Assembly: GCA_028534125.1 (NCBI GenBank)
Contig: CM052821.1
Coordinates: forward strand, 55,056,001-55,120,000
Source: Lama glama
Taxonomy: Eukaryota
Length of the DNA: 64,000 nt
Direction: 5' to 3'
Shown here: positions 13,021-26,400 of the stretch, one piece after another
Position numbering within the stretch: position 1 is the first letter of the stretch
How the letters are laid out: the number at the start of each line of letters is the position of its first letter
Position numbers and translations under genes: made by a program
The notes under the pieces: generated by a model
What the model was told of the DNA's origin: nothing
Database searches by the model: none
Seen by the model: only the letters and a program-made list of their open reading frames with translations

Positions 13021-15239
13021 TTCTTGATTTATGTTTGAGTTTTGGAAATGCCTGCAAGGCGGGGGTCATCATGGCTTCTTCTAGGGAGGCACTGAGCCTC
13101 GGAGGTTCAACCAGCTGATGAGGGTTGGAATGGGATTCGAACCCAAAGCCTTCTGCATTAAATGATAGTGTGGAATTGTGTGCCTACACGGCCGCCTGAT
13201 GTGGATGGCATGCCTGGGCCTGTGCACCTTGGTGCTGGAACATGTGTACAGACACACAGGTGTCCTGTGCTCCCTGGTCCCTGGGCCACCCCGGAGATGT
13301 CTGGTCAGGCGTCCCATGGCCCCCTGGGGTGGGTCGTCCTCCACAGCCCAGGGCTGGCCCACGCCAGCGATGGGTGGACAGGCCGCCCAGGTGCTGGGCT
13401 CTGGTGGGTGAAGGAAGGCCTGTTGGCCGGGCCGGCTGCACTCTGGGCCCTGGCCAGGCACCCGCTGTCTCCTCGGAGGGGGCAGGCCGTTCCGGACGCC
13501 GGCCATTTGCAGACTAGGAGGAATGGCATTGAGCCTCCAGCCCAGGAGAGGAAATGGCGGCGCGGGCAGGCCCAGGACAGGATCCGGGAAGGCGGGCCGA
13601 GGGCGGGGGCGGCCGGAAGGCCTGGGGTGGGCCAGTCATCTTGCCGGTGCCCTCTTCCAAGAAGCGGGCAGCAGGGCCGGCCTTTCGTGCAGGTCTGCGT
13701 GTGCGCACATGTGTGTGCATGTATGCACGCATGCCTGCATGCCGGGCTCGGGCCCTGAGCTGCACACCTGGGAGCTTTAGCAGGTCCAGTTTCCCCACCA
13801 GGAACATGGTAGGGACTGGGGGAACCTGATGTGACGACGTGAACCCCCAGCCCACTTTTGGGCAAACAAGTCCTTGAGGCTGACTCTTACCACCAGGCCT
13901 TGGTTCTCTCATCTTTAAAGTGGGGGTGACAGCATCAGCCTCGGGAAGCCGTCAGACGCAGTGAGGGAGAGGTCCCGGAGGCAAGCGGCCGGCCTGTTTT
14001 ATCCCATAAGGAGGAGACCAGAGGCCGGGGCTCTCAGGTGAGCTGCCTGCCCATCTTGGCCTCAGTTTCCCCTCCCTGAGGCAGAGGAAAATCCCTTGTT
14101 AGATGATGTCACCTGCCACTGACGGGAGCAGGTTTTGGGGGGACCTGGAGAAGGATCAGGTCTCTGGTCCCTGTGACTCTGGGTGGATGGGAGGCAGAGG
14201 CCGGGCCTGCCGACCCCAGAAGGGAGCCGGGGGTGGGTCCCGGGGTCTGGGGCTGGCTGCTCCAGCCTGTGGGCCTGTGCGCGGGAACCTCTGGCCCGTT
14301 TCCTGGGAGCCCGGCCCTGCCCGGGATTCCTGCGGTGGGTGTGCCCACACTTCCGGTGGCCGTGGGCGGAGGCCCCGGAGGCCCGCGAGGAGTTCCCGCC
14401 CGCCCGGCCTCCTGGCTGTGCTGCTTCTGTCGCTCGATGGGACGATAGGACGGGACGATGGGACGCGGAGCCCCACCTGAGTCCGCAGTGCTGGGTCCAG
14501 GCGGGCGGCCCCCCGCCCTCTGGCCGGGCTCGGGCACCTGGGCCGGGGCAATGGAGGCCTCCTGCGGCCGCGAGGGGTCTTGGCGGTGCAGAGAGGGCCT
14601 CCAGCTCGTGCCTTTGTCGTGAAGGCACAGCTAGTGAGTGGCCCCGCGCCAACACTCCCGGGGCTCCCAGCACCGGGGTTGGGGGGGTGGCCTCGAGGGT
14701 CTCAGCTTCAGCCCTGGGTGCTCCTGCCTGGCCTGTGACCAGCGCCAGCGGGCGGCTCATGCGAACAGCCTCCAGGTGGCTGCTCGTGGGCCCAGCAGCG
14801 TGGCAGGCCCCCACAGCCCACAGCCTTGGAGGATGCCTCGAGGGACAGGCGCGGCGCCGCTCTCAGTGTCCAGCTGCCAGGGGAGGGGTGAGTGAGACCG
14901 GCTGGGGCAGGACCAGCGCTGGGAGCAGAGTGACAGAAATCCCCTGCCTTGGCCCGCTGGAGAGACCCAGGGGCCACACTTCTCTCCTTCAAGGGAGGCC
15001 AGCTCACGTCTGATGTTGCAAACAGGACTCAGCTCCCTGAGGGGAGACGACCTTCAGTGACCTACTAAGCGCCAGGCCCAGGGCTGCGTACTTTAATCCT
15101 TTTTTTCAAACAGCCATTTTAAAATTTAATATACCCAATTCTATTTCATTTCAACATCCAGTCAGAGCCAGCGTGTACCAGCGCTGCCCTGGTGCTGGAA
15201 TAGGGCTCTGACAGGTCGCCTGCATCCCTCCCTGTGTGG

Positions 15240-15330
15240 AAGGTGGGTGTTAACGGTTCTCGGACTGAGAAAACTAAAGTTCAGAGAAGCCAAGGCACGT
15301 CCCCAGAGTCACACAGCTAGCAGGTGACAA
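15240..15330 (-). mobile_element. MIR fragment
   Basis: tgagaaaactaaagttcagagaag...cccagagtcacacagctag (antisense core). Confidence 0.7.
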
Positions 15331-17164
15331 AGATGGACCCCAAATGCAGGTCTCTGGCTGCAGGACCCACACTCTCCCCAGCAGGGTGGGAGCAGCCCCG
15401 CACAGGGTTCCTGTTTGTGGTCAGCCTCTCACAGGTGCTGGCCTCGGCAGGCTCTCCCCGGAGACCCGTCACCAGGAAGACCAGTCTTTTGGGCGGGAGT
15501 TCGGTCCCAAAGGAGAGCCAGGATTTGCCTCCATCCCTCTCCTCCTGGGCATCATACATTGTGCTGGTTCTGGGGTCCCCAGGGCCTGTCCCCAGGATCT
15601 AGGGCCTGCTGGTTGCCCTGAAAGGCCCCCGGGCATCCTGCTGGGTGAGGGCTCCAGGCCTTTGGGCTGAGAGCACTGGCGGGTATGGACAGCAAGCAGC
15701 ACACAGTGTGGCCACAGGTGACGGGAAGGTGGGAACATGGGGCCGTCCTTCTGCTCAGTGTTCCTACTGTCCACCGGGGGACAGGTACGAGGCTGCAGGC
15801 CCAGGTGATCTCTGAAACTCTACAGAGAGTTTAGCCCTCAAGCGCTGGGAGTAAAACCTTTGAGAGATGCTATAAAAACCCCAAACAGGCAAGACCGTTT
15901 TGCAGTCTTGAGCATTCTCAAAATGGTCCTTTCTGTTTGGTGCCAAATCCAGGCCTTTCCACTGTAGCAGGAACCTGCGGTGTACACCATGAGCCCAGGG
16001 GTTTTCTCAGGTTTTTCACAGTGAGCCCCATTGCAGGCACTGACTGCTCTCCCGTGGATGTGCACATGCCTTGTCTTGGGGTCTGTGGTGGGGCCAGGAG
16101 CTGGGTGTCCCTGGTACTGAGGTCTGCTGCAAGACTGGGTCCCAGGGTGAGGGCACTTCCTCAGGTGAGGGCAGAACAGAGGTGCCAGGGTGCCGTGGCT
16201 GGGCCAGGAGAAGCTCTTGTGAAACCGATCTCTGCAGGCGAACGGGGACCCTGTCCTGTCTGAGAGACCCCACTGTCGGTCTCCGTCTGTGTGGCCCCCT
16301 GTGGCGTGCTCCTGTCCCTGATTCCACAGGTCTCAGAGAGGCTGGGGCACAAGCTTTGGGCAGGCCCTGGCTCAGGGTGCGGGAGGGGACGGGCAGCACT
16401 GTCCAGGGACCGAATGGGGCAGACCTGGTGGAGCACTGGGTCTCGGGCCTGAGGGGCTAGCGCGTGACTGGCGGGTCTGCCCCCACCCACCTGCTCACAG
16501 GCAGGGGGCCCTCTGGGAGGCCCAGACCCAAGCTGAGAGGGTGCCAGGCTGGGGTGGGCCCAGCTGGGTGGGGAGCAGAGTTAGTCTGGAACACCCCTTG
16601 CAAGTGCCCGGGGAATCCAGGAAGCCTCCTGGAGGTGGCAAACCCACGGCCCCCGGCTTGTTACCGAGTCCAGCCCCAGGCCTGCCACGTCCCAGGGCCC
16701 TGCTGCCAGGCGTAGTGCCGCCCCTCCCACCGCCCCACACCAGCCCTGCACAGGCCACATCTGCTGTGGCAGCCATGCCAGAGCTCCGCCTCCTCCTCCG
16801 TCCCCATGGAAACCGGGGTGGGGAGGGCCTACAGCATTTGGCCCACTGACTGGTTTCCATTAGAGCAGGTCTACCTTCCTTGAGACTTGCCCCTGAAGTT
16901 CAGGGCCTGCCCCCCGGGGTTTCTTTCCTGCATTTACTGAGCACTGGCCTCTACCGCACCGGGGGACCCAGCGGCCTGGGCCCGCCTGTCCTGGCTGACA
17001 TCCCTCAGTGGAGTGAGCACCCAGAGTCCCGCCCAGGGCTGCGGCGGCTCTTGGGCCTAACAGGCTGCAGGCCCAGACCCCATCTCTTCTTGCCAGGCCC
17101 AGGCCCAGCAGCTGCTGAGGTTCAGACGCGGGGCCCGAGTCGGGCTCCTGTCCCGGCCATCCCG

Positions 17165-17235
17165 GGGACCATGAACAAGCCCCCTCCTGTCTCTGGGCCT
17201 CGGTTTACCACCTATAAAATGAAAGGGTAGACGGT
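17165..17235 (+). mobile_element. MIR fragment
   Basis: tctctgggcctcggtttaccacctataaaatgaaagggtagac. Confidence 0.6.
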
Positions 17236-18094
17236 TTTCTCCAGGTTCTCACTGTGCCCTTAAGAGAAAGAGAAAGAGAAAACGAAGCTGCAGCAATACC
17301 CGCCTCCTGGAGTCTAAGTTCTGGGATTTTTGTTTGTTTTCAAAGGGGGATTTTTTTTTTTTTTAAAGGAAGGAGCCATGGAATTTGACTGGAGACCAAA
17401 TTTGAGAGGCCGAGGCCAGCCAGAGCCTGCGGACCAAGGGCACGGGAAGGCCCGGCTCGGCCGCGGGCGGCCGGAGGCCTGTGCAGCTGTGCCCGCCGGG
17501 CTCCACATGGCGCCTGCTGGGTGCCCAGTGACCTGGCTGTGAGCGCAGTGAGCGGAGGCATGAAACGTGCCCCTGACGGAACCAGAAGGCTCTGCAGAAC
17601 TATCCGAGAGGTTTCTGCAGGCCAGAACTGTGGACAGAAAATGAGATCCAGCTTAAAAAAAAACGGCCAGTCATCCTCCAGGGAGATGGGGGGGCCTGCG
17701 AGAGGCCCAGGGGCCGCTGGTGCTCGGTTACCTCTGCAGCGCTCGTGCAAGGCTGGTCTGCAGCAGCTACCCCAGACCCAGCCTGGCAGCCGGGTGGAGG
17801 AGCCGTCTTCCCCGCTTCTTGGGCATCACGAGTTTCACAGCAGATGATGAGTGACAACTTGGGGACTTTTTGCCCCACCTGCCAAATGGGTGGTTTGGCT
17901 CCTCCCATGAGAACTCTCAGCTCCCACTTGCTTGCCATGAAATGTCACAGATGTCATGGGGGCCAGTCTCTGCTGGGTGTCTGCCACTGGCACACTGCGG
18001 ACACTTCCCAGCTTATGACAAGGAGCAGACCCGCGGGGGCCCCGGGGGTGCCTGTCAGAGCAGTGGGGAGAGGTCTGCTGCGTGGTCTGGGACG

Positions 18095-18190
18095 GTGCTT
18101 TCCTCCCTGGGCCTCGGCATCCTCAGCTGTAAAATGGGGATAGTAGCCCTGACCTGTTGGCTCAGTGTAAAAACCAGATGAGAGCTGCGG
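18095..18190 (+). mobile_element. MIR fragment
   Basis: cctccctgggcctcggcatcctcagctgtaaaatggggatagtag. Confidence 0.65.
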
Positions 18191-19599
18191 TCAGGGCTGG
18201 ATACGTGGAAGGTGGCGGCACAGAACGGCATCCACCCTCACGTCCCCGTCGGGAGTGCGGCAGGCCACACATCTTCGATTGCCGCAGACCCGCAGTGGGG
18301 CCGACCCTCCCCCAGCCCACCTCCAGGGAGAGTGCGGACACACTGACATTTCTCAAGGTCACCTGGAACTTCTGGCCCTGGGTAGCCAGCACGACAGTGT
18401 GTCCTCTTCCTCGTCTGAGCCATGGGGCTGAGTCCATCCCCCACTCGGCTTCGGACCGGCCTCCCACCCGAGTCCGCCAGAGTGTGCCGACCGATCGCGG
18501 TGGCAGGAGGAGCAGCCGACAGGCCCTGGGGACACGGTCACTGCAGCTCAAAGGGCAGGGTGGTGGCATCTTCAGTTTTCTGTCCTGGGCGGGAACAAAA
18601 CTGGTTTGAACGATGGTGCCCCGGCCTGCCCTCCCGGTAAAAGTAGGCCGGGGGAGTGAGCTCGGAGGAGCTGGCTGCTGTGCTGGCCGAGGCTGATTTA
18701 GACGTACGGGGAGACTGGGATAATGTAGGAAATGAAGGCAATTTCCCCAGGGAAAGGGGGAAGAGAAGAAAGAGGAGCTTAAGTGCCCAGATAATTATAA
18801 AGCCTGGCGTGGTGATTTATGGCTACGGGCGGGCTCCTCTGGTCAGCTCCACCGCCCCTCCCGCCTCAGTCCTCTGCACCCAAGACCCGCAGGTGAGGGA
18901 GCAGCGAGGCCAGCAGGTGCTGCCCAGCACCCCGGCTCGGCCTGTGTCACGGGGACAGCCCTCTGTGTGCCGGCCCTGACGTCTGCTATCTGGGGTGACT
19001 TCACGGAACCCCAATGTGCCACTAGCCGGAAAGCCGAGGTCTGGGAGGCTGAGCCCCTCACATCGATCGGATTGTGCCCGAGCCAGACCAGCCAGTGTCC
19101 CAAACTCCAGACCCTTCCCTCTGCCCACAGCTGCGTGTGGGGCCTCGGGCCGCCGGGGCCTGGGAGGCAGTCCATGAGAAAGATGACAAGTCAGGGTGGG
19201 GCTGGCAGCTGTCACTGTTGGTGCCACAGGAGGGGGACAGCCAAGACCATGGAGGTGGGCAGAAGCAAAAAGGTGCATTTTTTGGCTGGAATCTGGGGCT
19301 GCCTGGTCTGAACTAGAGGAGAGACATGCACCGGCCAGGATGCAGGAGAGGCCACTGCCGGCCCAGGCGGGCTGCTGGGCGGTGCGCCACTTAGGGCCTG
19401 ACCTTGGATGGCTCCACTGGGGGCTTCACTCTGCTGTGACCGCACCCTTTCCCTCCCTCCTGCTAAAACTCCTGGGGGATGTCTCCACAGCTGCAGACCT
19501 GCCCTGTCATCCTCGACTCCCTTCCTTGCCACACCCAGACCATCCCAGGTCCTTCCTGTTCTCCCGTCTTTCAACATTTCCCCAACATCCTTCTCCACC

Positions 19600-19985
19600 T
19601 GCCAGACAGTGCCCAAGTCTTGCCCATCCAGGAATGACCGCAAGGCAGGCCTCTGCCCTGTCACCCATCCTGCAGGGTCTCCTCCAGCTCCCGGCCGAAG
19701 TCCAGTCTCCCCTTCATGGGACTCGAGAGGCTCCCGACTGCCTGCCCTGTCCCCTTCCACAGCACTGCCCCTCACCTCTCCAGACTGTGGCACAGAATCG
19801 CCTCCTCCTGGAAGCCCTCTCCACTCCACGTGCCCACTGCGCTGCGACCCACTGCCCAGAGTTGGGGGATCAGTCATGAGTGTGTCTGCCCTGGGAGACT
19901 GGGCACCTCGGAAAGGACGGGTCAGATTCACCAGCTTGGCACAGGGCAGGCTCTTGGGGAGCATTTTATGAATGAACGAAATGGA
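19600..19985 (+). mobile_element. L2 LINE 3' end
   Basis: cctcctcctggaagccctc...tgtgtctgccc...agactgggcacctc...agcttggcacag...atgaatgaacgaa (L2 tail). Confidence 0.6.
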
Positions 19986-22599
19986 ATCCAGAGACTGAAA
20001 TGGAAAAAGAGGAGGAGACTGGGCTCCAAGCTGCCTCACGAGGCACCTAGCTCGCGCACTGGCCTGTGGGCCGTGGTGCTCGGAGACCCGGCGGATGGAG
20101 TTCATCTTTCCTCCTGCACCAAATACGTTCCTTGTGAGGGAGAATCAGAGGGGCTTGTGAAACACACTCGTCACAGATGATGTGATGCCGCCCGACGGAC
20201 AGGTTAGAACTCTGAACGCCTGTGGCCCAGAGGGAGCACTGCGGGTGAGGCTGCAAGACCTTAGAGGTGCCCATGGACGGCCGTGGGGCCGCTTCCTCCG
20301 AGATCTCGGCGTGAAAGACGGATCCGGCCGCCCATCAGATGTCATCAGTGGGATGCAGCACATTCTGTTCATCTAGATTAGATATTTCCAGTTCGCAGAT
20401 TTCCTGCCCGATCCTGCCCCTCACTGGGGTCATCTTCCTCCAGGAGGTGATCACAAGCCACGAGCCCCTCACCTCCCATCCCCGGGCAGTGGCCGGTTTC
20501 TGCTGGGCCAGCTCTGGGTGGGACCGGCGGCAGCCCTTGTCTTCCCACCACTCACCGTCACAATGCAAAAGGGTGTCAGCACCCAGCACCCTTCCAGGGG
20601 CTTGGCTTGGCATCTTTGTCCAGCTGAGGAGGGTCTGGGACAATGTCCATTCAGGCCGTTTAAAAGTACCTTGGGGAGATGACCGCTGACCAGAGGGCAG
20701 GGGCCTGGGTAGCATCCCCAGCGCTGTCATAGACCTGCTGTGAGACGTCGGGCCAGCCCCTCTGCTGCCGCGAGCCTCAGTTTCCCCACCTGCCACACAA
20801 TCTCTCTGTCCTCCACCTCCAACATTGGGGGGTCTCTGGAAGGTTCTAAGAGGCCGGGCCCGAGGTGCCTGCCTCAGGCATGTGAAAGCACGTCTGGGCT
20901 TTGGGCTGGGACCTCACTTCGGGGGGTCTCCCTGGGGAGCAAGGAAGGACTTGTGCGGAAAGATGAGAGGTGTCCATCCTAGCGTCTGTCGCAAAGGTGG
21001 GAACCTGGAGCAGCCACTCTCCCGGGCCTGGCTGTGTGGGGTGAGCAGTTGTGATCCTTGTGATGAGGTCCCCTGGCGGGAGGGGTTCCCTGGCAGTTCG
21101 GGAGGACACACCAGCTGGCTCTGGCTGGCGCTGGCCTTTACAGCCTCGTCCCTGGAGGGAGTGTGCTGTGTGCTGGGCTCACAGCACAGGGTGCCGAGCT
21201 TGACTGCCTCTTTCTCCTTTTCTCAGTTTTGCAAAATAGTGTTTAATGAGCATCTACTCCTTTTGCAATGGAAAGAAATCATTTAAGTAACAAAAGTAAG
21301 CGCTTGGCCAGAGTGAGACTGACAGGCCCAAATTCTCTCTGCGCATTTTCCTGAAAAGAGAGACCTTGCAAAAGGTGCGGGTGGTCACAGTGGGGACAGC
21401 ACCGGCATCCGGAAGCGTTTTGTCTTTTTAAAAGGAGCAGAGGTGACTGGGGGGCGGGGGTGCTCTGAGATGGGGTCCTGGGGAGGCTCTGGGGCAGAGC
21501 CCATCCTCTGGATGAGTGTTAGGGATGTTCCAAGTCTGCTGCCTGGAAACGCCCCTTCAGGGAAAGCAGGACCCCGTTTTGTGTTCGCGCTAGCACCACG
21601 GCCCCGCTGTTTTGCCGTTCCAGATACTGACCTCCTTTGTGACAAACCAACCCCACTTAGCAGATTGGCGTCTGGCAACGGCCTGCTTTCCAGAACAGAC
21701 TTGGGGATTAGCCTGGTGCTGGCTGCCTTTTGTGAGGACCTACTATGTGTGCCGGCCAAGCTCTTGGGATTTCGCATTCATTCATCGCCTCTGATGACAG
21801 CTTTGGATGGTAGGTGTAAACGGGCCCCCTTTTAAGATACAAAATAGGCTCAGAGATGCCAGGCTCCTGGCAGCTGCACAGCCCAGAAGATTCTGGAGCC
21901 CAGGCTCTCCCCAGGGCTGGCGGCTCTGTCACTAGGTGCCGTGTCCTTGGGGATTTGGGCCCACCTGTGCCCTGGCCGCTCTGCCTGCCGTGGTAGCCGT
22001 CGGCTCCCCATGTCCCTGCTGGAGCTCTTCCGGCCCAAGTGAAGTGGTGGGGTTGGGCACAGACCCTGGTTGTGTATCTGGTGACTCAGGGAGGCTGGAG
22101 GCTGTGGCCGCCCGCGGGCTCGCTGGCTGACTTCTGACCCCTCCCAATCTGTCCTGGGCCCCTCTGAGGGCTTGGGGGCCGAGCACAGCACCACCCAGGG
22201 CCAGGTCTCAGTCCTGCCCACTGCATGTCTGCACAGAAACTGAGGGTTGCTCCATGCACGATCCGTTAGCACCTTTCTCCTGCAGTGGCCGCTAAGAGGA
22301 GCCAGGCTGAATGCTGAAGGCAAGTGTGGACAAGGCAGGGCTGAGCCTCCGGGGGTCTGTGTGCCTTTGGGCTCGGCCCTGCAGCTGGGCCAACATCAAG
22401 GTTCCTGCCGGTGCTCAGAGCCTCCTGCCCAAGGCCTGGCCCCAGCTGTGTCTGCTCTGGCCCGGGCCCTGGCGCGTTGGTCAGTTGTCAGACAAGAGGC
22501 TGGGGGCAATTTCTCCAGGCACTGGAGTACGGAGTAACTTCTCTTACATCGCCGAAGCGTGCGGGGGGATCGACACTGAGCCCCACTGTGCCGCGTGCG

Positions 22600-22730
22600 T
22601 CATGTCTAATCCCGCGTGTAAGTCTGAGGAAGCCGGCATCGCTGTCCCGTGTTACAGATGAGGAGACTGAGGCCCGGGGAGGTGAAGGGGCTTGTCACAA
22701 GGACAGAGCTGAGATGGGAACCCAGTGGCC
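22600..22730 (-). mobile_element. MIR fragment
   Basis: ttacagatgaggagactgaggcccggggaggtgaaggggcttgtcacaagg. Confidence 0.8.
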
Positions 22731-23345
22731 CCTGGCCACCCTGCAGATGGACGCAGGAATGTTCTGGAGTCCAGAGATACTCGTGGACGGGTGAGGAGGG
22801 CCCGGGGTGGGACAGGCACCAGCCTCCGGGGCATCCTGCTGGGCCTGGTGCTGATTCCAGTCTCAGCGGGCCAGAGCCTTCCAGAGGACAGAACTGCATC
22901 TCAACAAAGAACCACCAAGAGGGCCTGGGCTGGCCCTGCCATCCGAGCCCGCACCATGGGGACGGGCTCTGAGTGGTGCCGGCCCCGGGCTGGTTCTGGG
23001 GCTGGGAGAAGCGAGCGTCACTGCGAGCCGCCTTGGGCTTGGGCCTTCCATCTCGTCACCTGTAACGCGCGCCACAGCCCTGCGAGCCCGGCATGCTGTC
23101 CCTCCTCACGGCGGGAAACTGGGCCAGAGAGGGCAGTCCTGTGCCTGGAGCCGCGCAGCGAGCGGAGGCGGTGGGTCTGACCAACTCCCCCTCACCTACA
23201 CCGACAGCCCGCCTCCTGGGCCCTGGGACCTGGGAGGCTTGTGCCCCTGAGGGATCTGCAGGTTGGGGTTCATGGGTGATCCTGAGACAGGCAGGGGCCC
23301 TTCTGTCACACCGCGTGGGCTGACCCATTAAGAGAGAGGATGGCC

Positions 23346-23430
23346 GGGGGCTGGGTATAGCTCAGTGGTAGAGCATGTGCTTAGCGTGCACAGGGTCCTG
23401 GGTTCAATCCCCGGTGCCTCCATTTAAAAA
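23346..23430 (+). mobile_element. Camelid Vic-1-type tRNA-Ala-derived SINE (short copy, head only)
   Basis: A box TAGCTCAGTGG, B box GGTTCAATCC, anticodon arm TGTGC-TTAGCGT-GCACA (AGC = Ala), broken acceptor stem, TTTAAAAA tail, degenerate AAGAGAG target-site duplication. Confidence 0.85.
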
Positions 23431-26400
23431 GAGAGGGTGGGGGGATGGCTGTGGGAGGCTCAGGCCCCCCCGCTGTGGAGCGATGCTCTCTCAGGAGATC
23501 TTTAAAGGCTCCGAGGGCACGTCACTCACCAGTGTGTAGCTGGGAAGCACGGTGACCGCAGGCAGGTGGAGAGTGAAGACGGCAGGCCAGGGGCTGGTGT
23601 CGCCTGGGCGCCTCTGTGTGCCAAGCGCCCGGCATGGCCTCTGCCACGTGGGACCCCAGCGGGCACTAAGCTGGCTGCTCCGTGGTCACCACTGGGCAAG
23701 TGACCGAGAGGATACAGGGGAACCGAGTGTCCCAGAGGGAGGACGTCCTGTAAGTGCCTCTGTGAGGTTGGAGGGGGCACCCTGGTCCAGAACGGCCCCG
23801 TGGGCAGCTGTCCTAGTGGGTTATCTGGCCGTGGCCACGTGTGGCTTGTGTGGCTCACAGGGATCCAGCCTGGGCCCCAGAGCTGCCCTGCCTCTGCAGC
23901 GGGAGCACCGCTCGCCTGTCAGGAGGGAAATTCACACCCCAGGTGTGCAGAGCAGGCGGGGGGTGGCCCGCGGGGCTGCCAGCATCTCCCCGTTCTTTGC
24001 CGCTAGATGTGACCTTGTCCTGGTTCGCCTCTCCCAGCTCCTGTGCTGATTCTGACGCAAACGTCAGTGAGAGGACGACTGAACTGGGCTGTTCACAGAA
24101 GCGAGGCCCGGCCCCTGGGCCCGTGGGCGTTCAGCGCGTGGCCCAGGGTGGCGCCCTCCTGAGCCCCAGCCGGGCCCTGCTCATCGTCCAGAGGGAAGGG
24201 TGAGTGGGTGCACGTTGGCACCCCCACACGGTGGGAGGGTGTCCAGTCTGTGGCCTTTGTTGTGTCGGCCGCAGGGCCTGTCCTGTCTCAGGTGACGACA
24301 GCAGAGCGACCCAGCCCGGGCGCCACGCGCAAGGGGCCATCAGGGGTTTCCTCCCGGGCAGAGGGGTTTGTTCGGCCCGTCCTGCTGGTGGGAGAGGCAG
24401 GGGCTATGCAGCCTCAGGGCAGCCCCTTCTTGGAGGGGGGCTGTTCCCCCTCTTGTGAAACAGGACAGTGATGTGCTCGAGGCCGGAAGCCTGCGCAGGC
24501 TCTTTGAGGCGGCGGTAGCCAGGCCTGAGCTGACCTCCTCACCCCAGCTTCTCCCGGAACCTCCCAGCACTCACAGGCTCAGACCTCGTTACCCGCATCC
24601 TACAGTCAGGGAAACTGAGGCCGAGAGAAGCACTAGGCAGTGAGTGCGGGGGAGGCAGGGTTAGATGCCAGAGCGGCGTGACTTGGGGCCCCAAGCCCAC
24701 GCGGCGTGGATGGGGTGTGCTGGGCTCCCAGGTCCCCCTCTCTGTTTCCACGTGGAGGAGCTCCTGCCCTGTGACCAGGACCCAGGGAGCAGAGCAAAGG
24801 CTTCCCTGGTCTGCTGTGGCCCCGCCACCTGCCCTCTGGCCTGATGATGGTACTGACTGGCCTCCTCGAAGCAGATGGAATCAGGGAGGCCCAGGCAGGC
24901 TGAGTCGTTGGTGCAAAGACTCTCTGAGCAAGCTCTGTACCATCAACACCCACAGCCGTGCCAAGAGGTGGGCACACCGGCTCCCACCACCTCCTATGAG
25001 CTGTCCACCTAGATAGACTTCTTTGGTGCCCTCAGCCTCAGTTTACCTGACCGTAACTCTTAGGAGTACCTTCTAGCAGAGTTTCGGGGACACACAGTGA
25101 CCCCCGGAGCACCCATAGCTTCAGTGAGCCTGGGGGTGAGACACCCCCAGTCTTTGCCCCTGAGAAGCAGCAGGAGTTTGTAACCCACTGAAAGGCAGAA
25201 ACCCCCCAACCTGGTGCTTTCCTGGCCGCCTTGCCCTTCACTGGAGCTCAGCAGGTCCAACTTCATCCATGCGGGTTTATGGGTGTGTGAGTGAGATGAG
25301 GGGACTGTGGCCTGCTGCCCCTCAGAGAGGGTGACCCTAGAAAATGGCAGTGTTTCGGGCACAGTCACGTAGATACAGTGGCCTTCTGGCCCGTGGTGGC
25401 CCCTGAGAGACTCTGGGTTTCCCCTGAGCTGTGCTGGGCCCTGTGGGTCTTAGGGGAGGGTGGGCCGGAGCCAACTGGGTACAGACGCAGGGGGTGCGCC
25501 CCCCACGCGCCTGGGGGCCCCTTCCCAGGACTGAATCAGCGTCTCTCTCCAGGTCTTGCCCCTCCTTCCCGGCCGCCCTGTTGCCCCACCGATGCCTGGA
25601 GCTTGGATGACTGTGCCTCCTCCAGGTCAGTGCGACGTTTTGAAAGTTGAACATCAGAGCTCCCCACCCCCTCCCTCCAGGCACCACCCTGGGCTGGGCA
25701 TGCCTGAAAGGACATGCACGCACATGTAACACACGCATGTGCACACGTAAGCGCGTGCTGGCTTGGCCTCTGGAGGACCGAGGGGCTGGGCGGTTGCTTC
25801 TCGCACATCTGGGGCTCAGCTGGGCCCTCTCCCGCCATGGTCCCGCCCCCCCCCCCCCCGGCCTCTTTCTGCAGCCAGGGGGCCCAGGGCCCGTAAGGAG
25901 TCAGGGCTGGCCCAGGTCTCACCCCAGGAAGCAGGACTGTCCTCCCAGCTCCCTCCTGCACTTAAGCTGAGCGAAGCCCCCTTTGCGAGGAGGCAGCCAT
26001 TGCAGGGGTTGGTGCTGGGCGAGTGGGCCAAGGGCTGGGGACCGGGAACCGCTGGGCAGTTGGCAGCATCTGCCCCTCCCGCCTCTTGCCCTGATGGAAC
26101 TGTTGTGCTCAGGGTCCGTGGGGCCCTCCCCCAGAGGCCAGCCCGAGGTGTCGTCTGCCGGGCCCGCTTGGCTGCTTCCAGCCTCCTGGGGAGTCGGTGG
26201 GGGTGTGAGAGTGGGGCCAGATTGGCACCATCTCCCCTCCCCCGCTGCTGCCATGGCCAGGGGCGGGCCTGGGTCTGTGTGGAGAGGACCTGGGACCCCT
26301 CTGCCATCTGGGCTTCGCATGTTTACAGGTTCTGCCTGCCCACCAGACTCTGCAGACACTGCCGTGGGGCTTGTGTGTCTGCACCCAGGGCCTGCACCAG

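Noticed and set aside
23346-23422. Functional tRNA-Ala(AGC) gene
   Set aside because: The acceptor stem does not pair, and the A-tail and similarity to the TSD-flanked copy at 57439 indicate a SINE.
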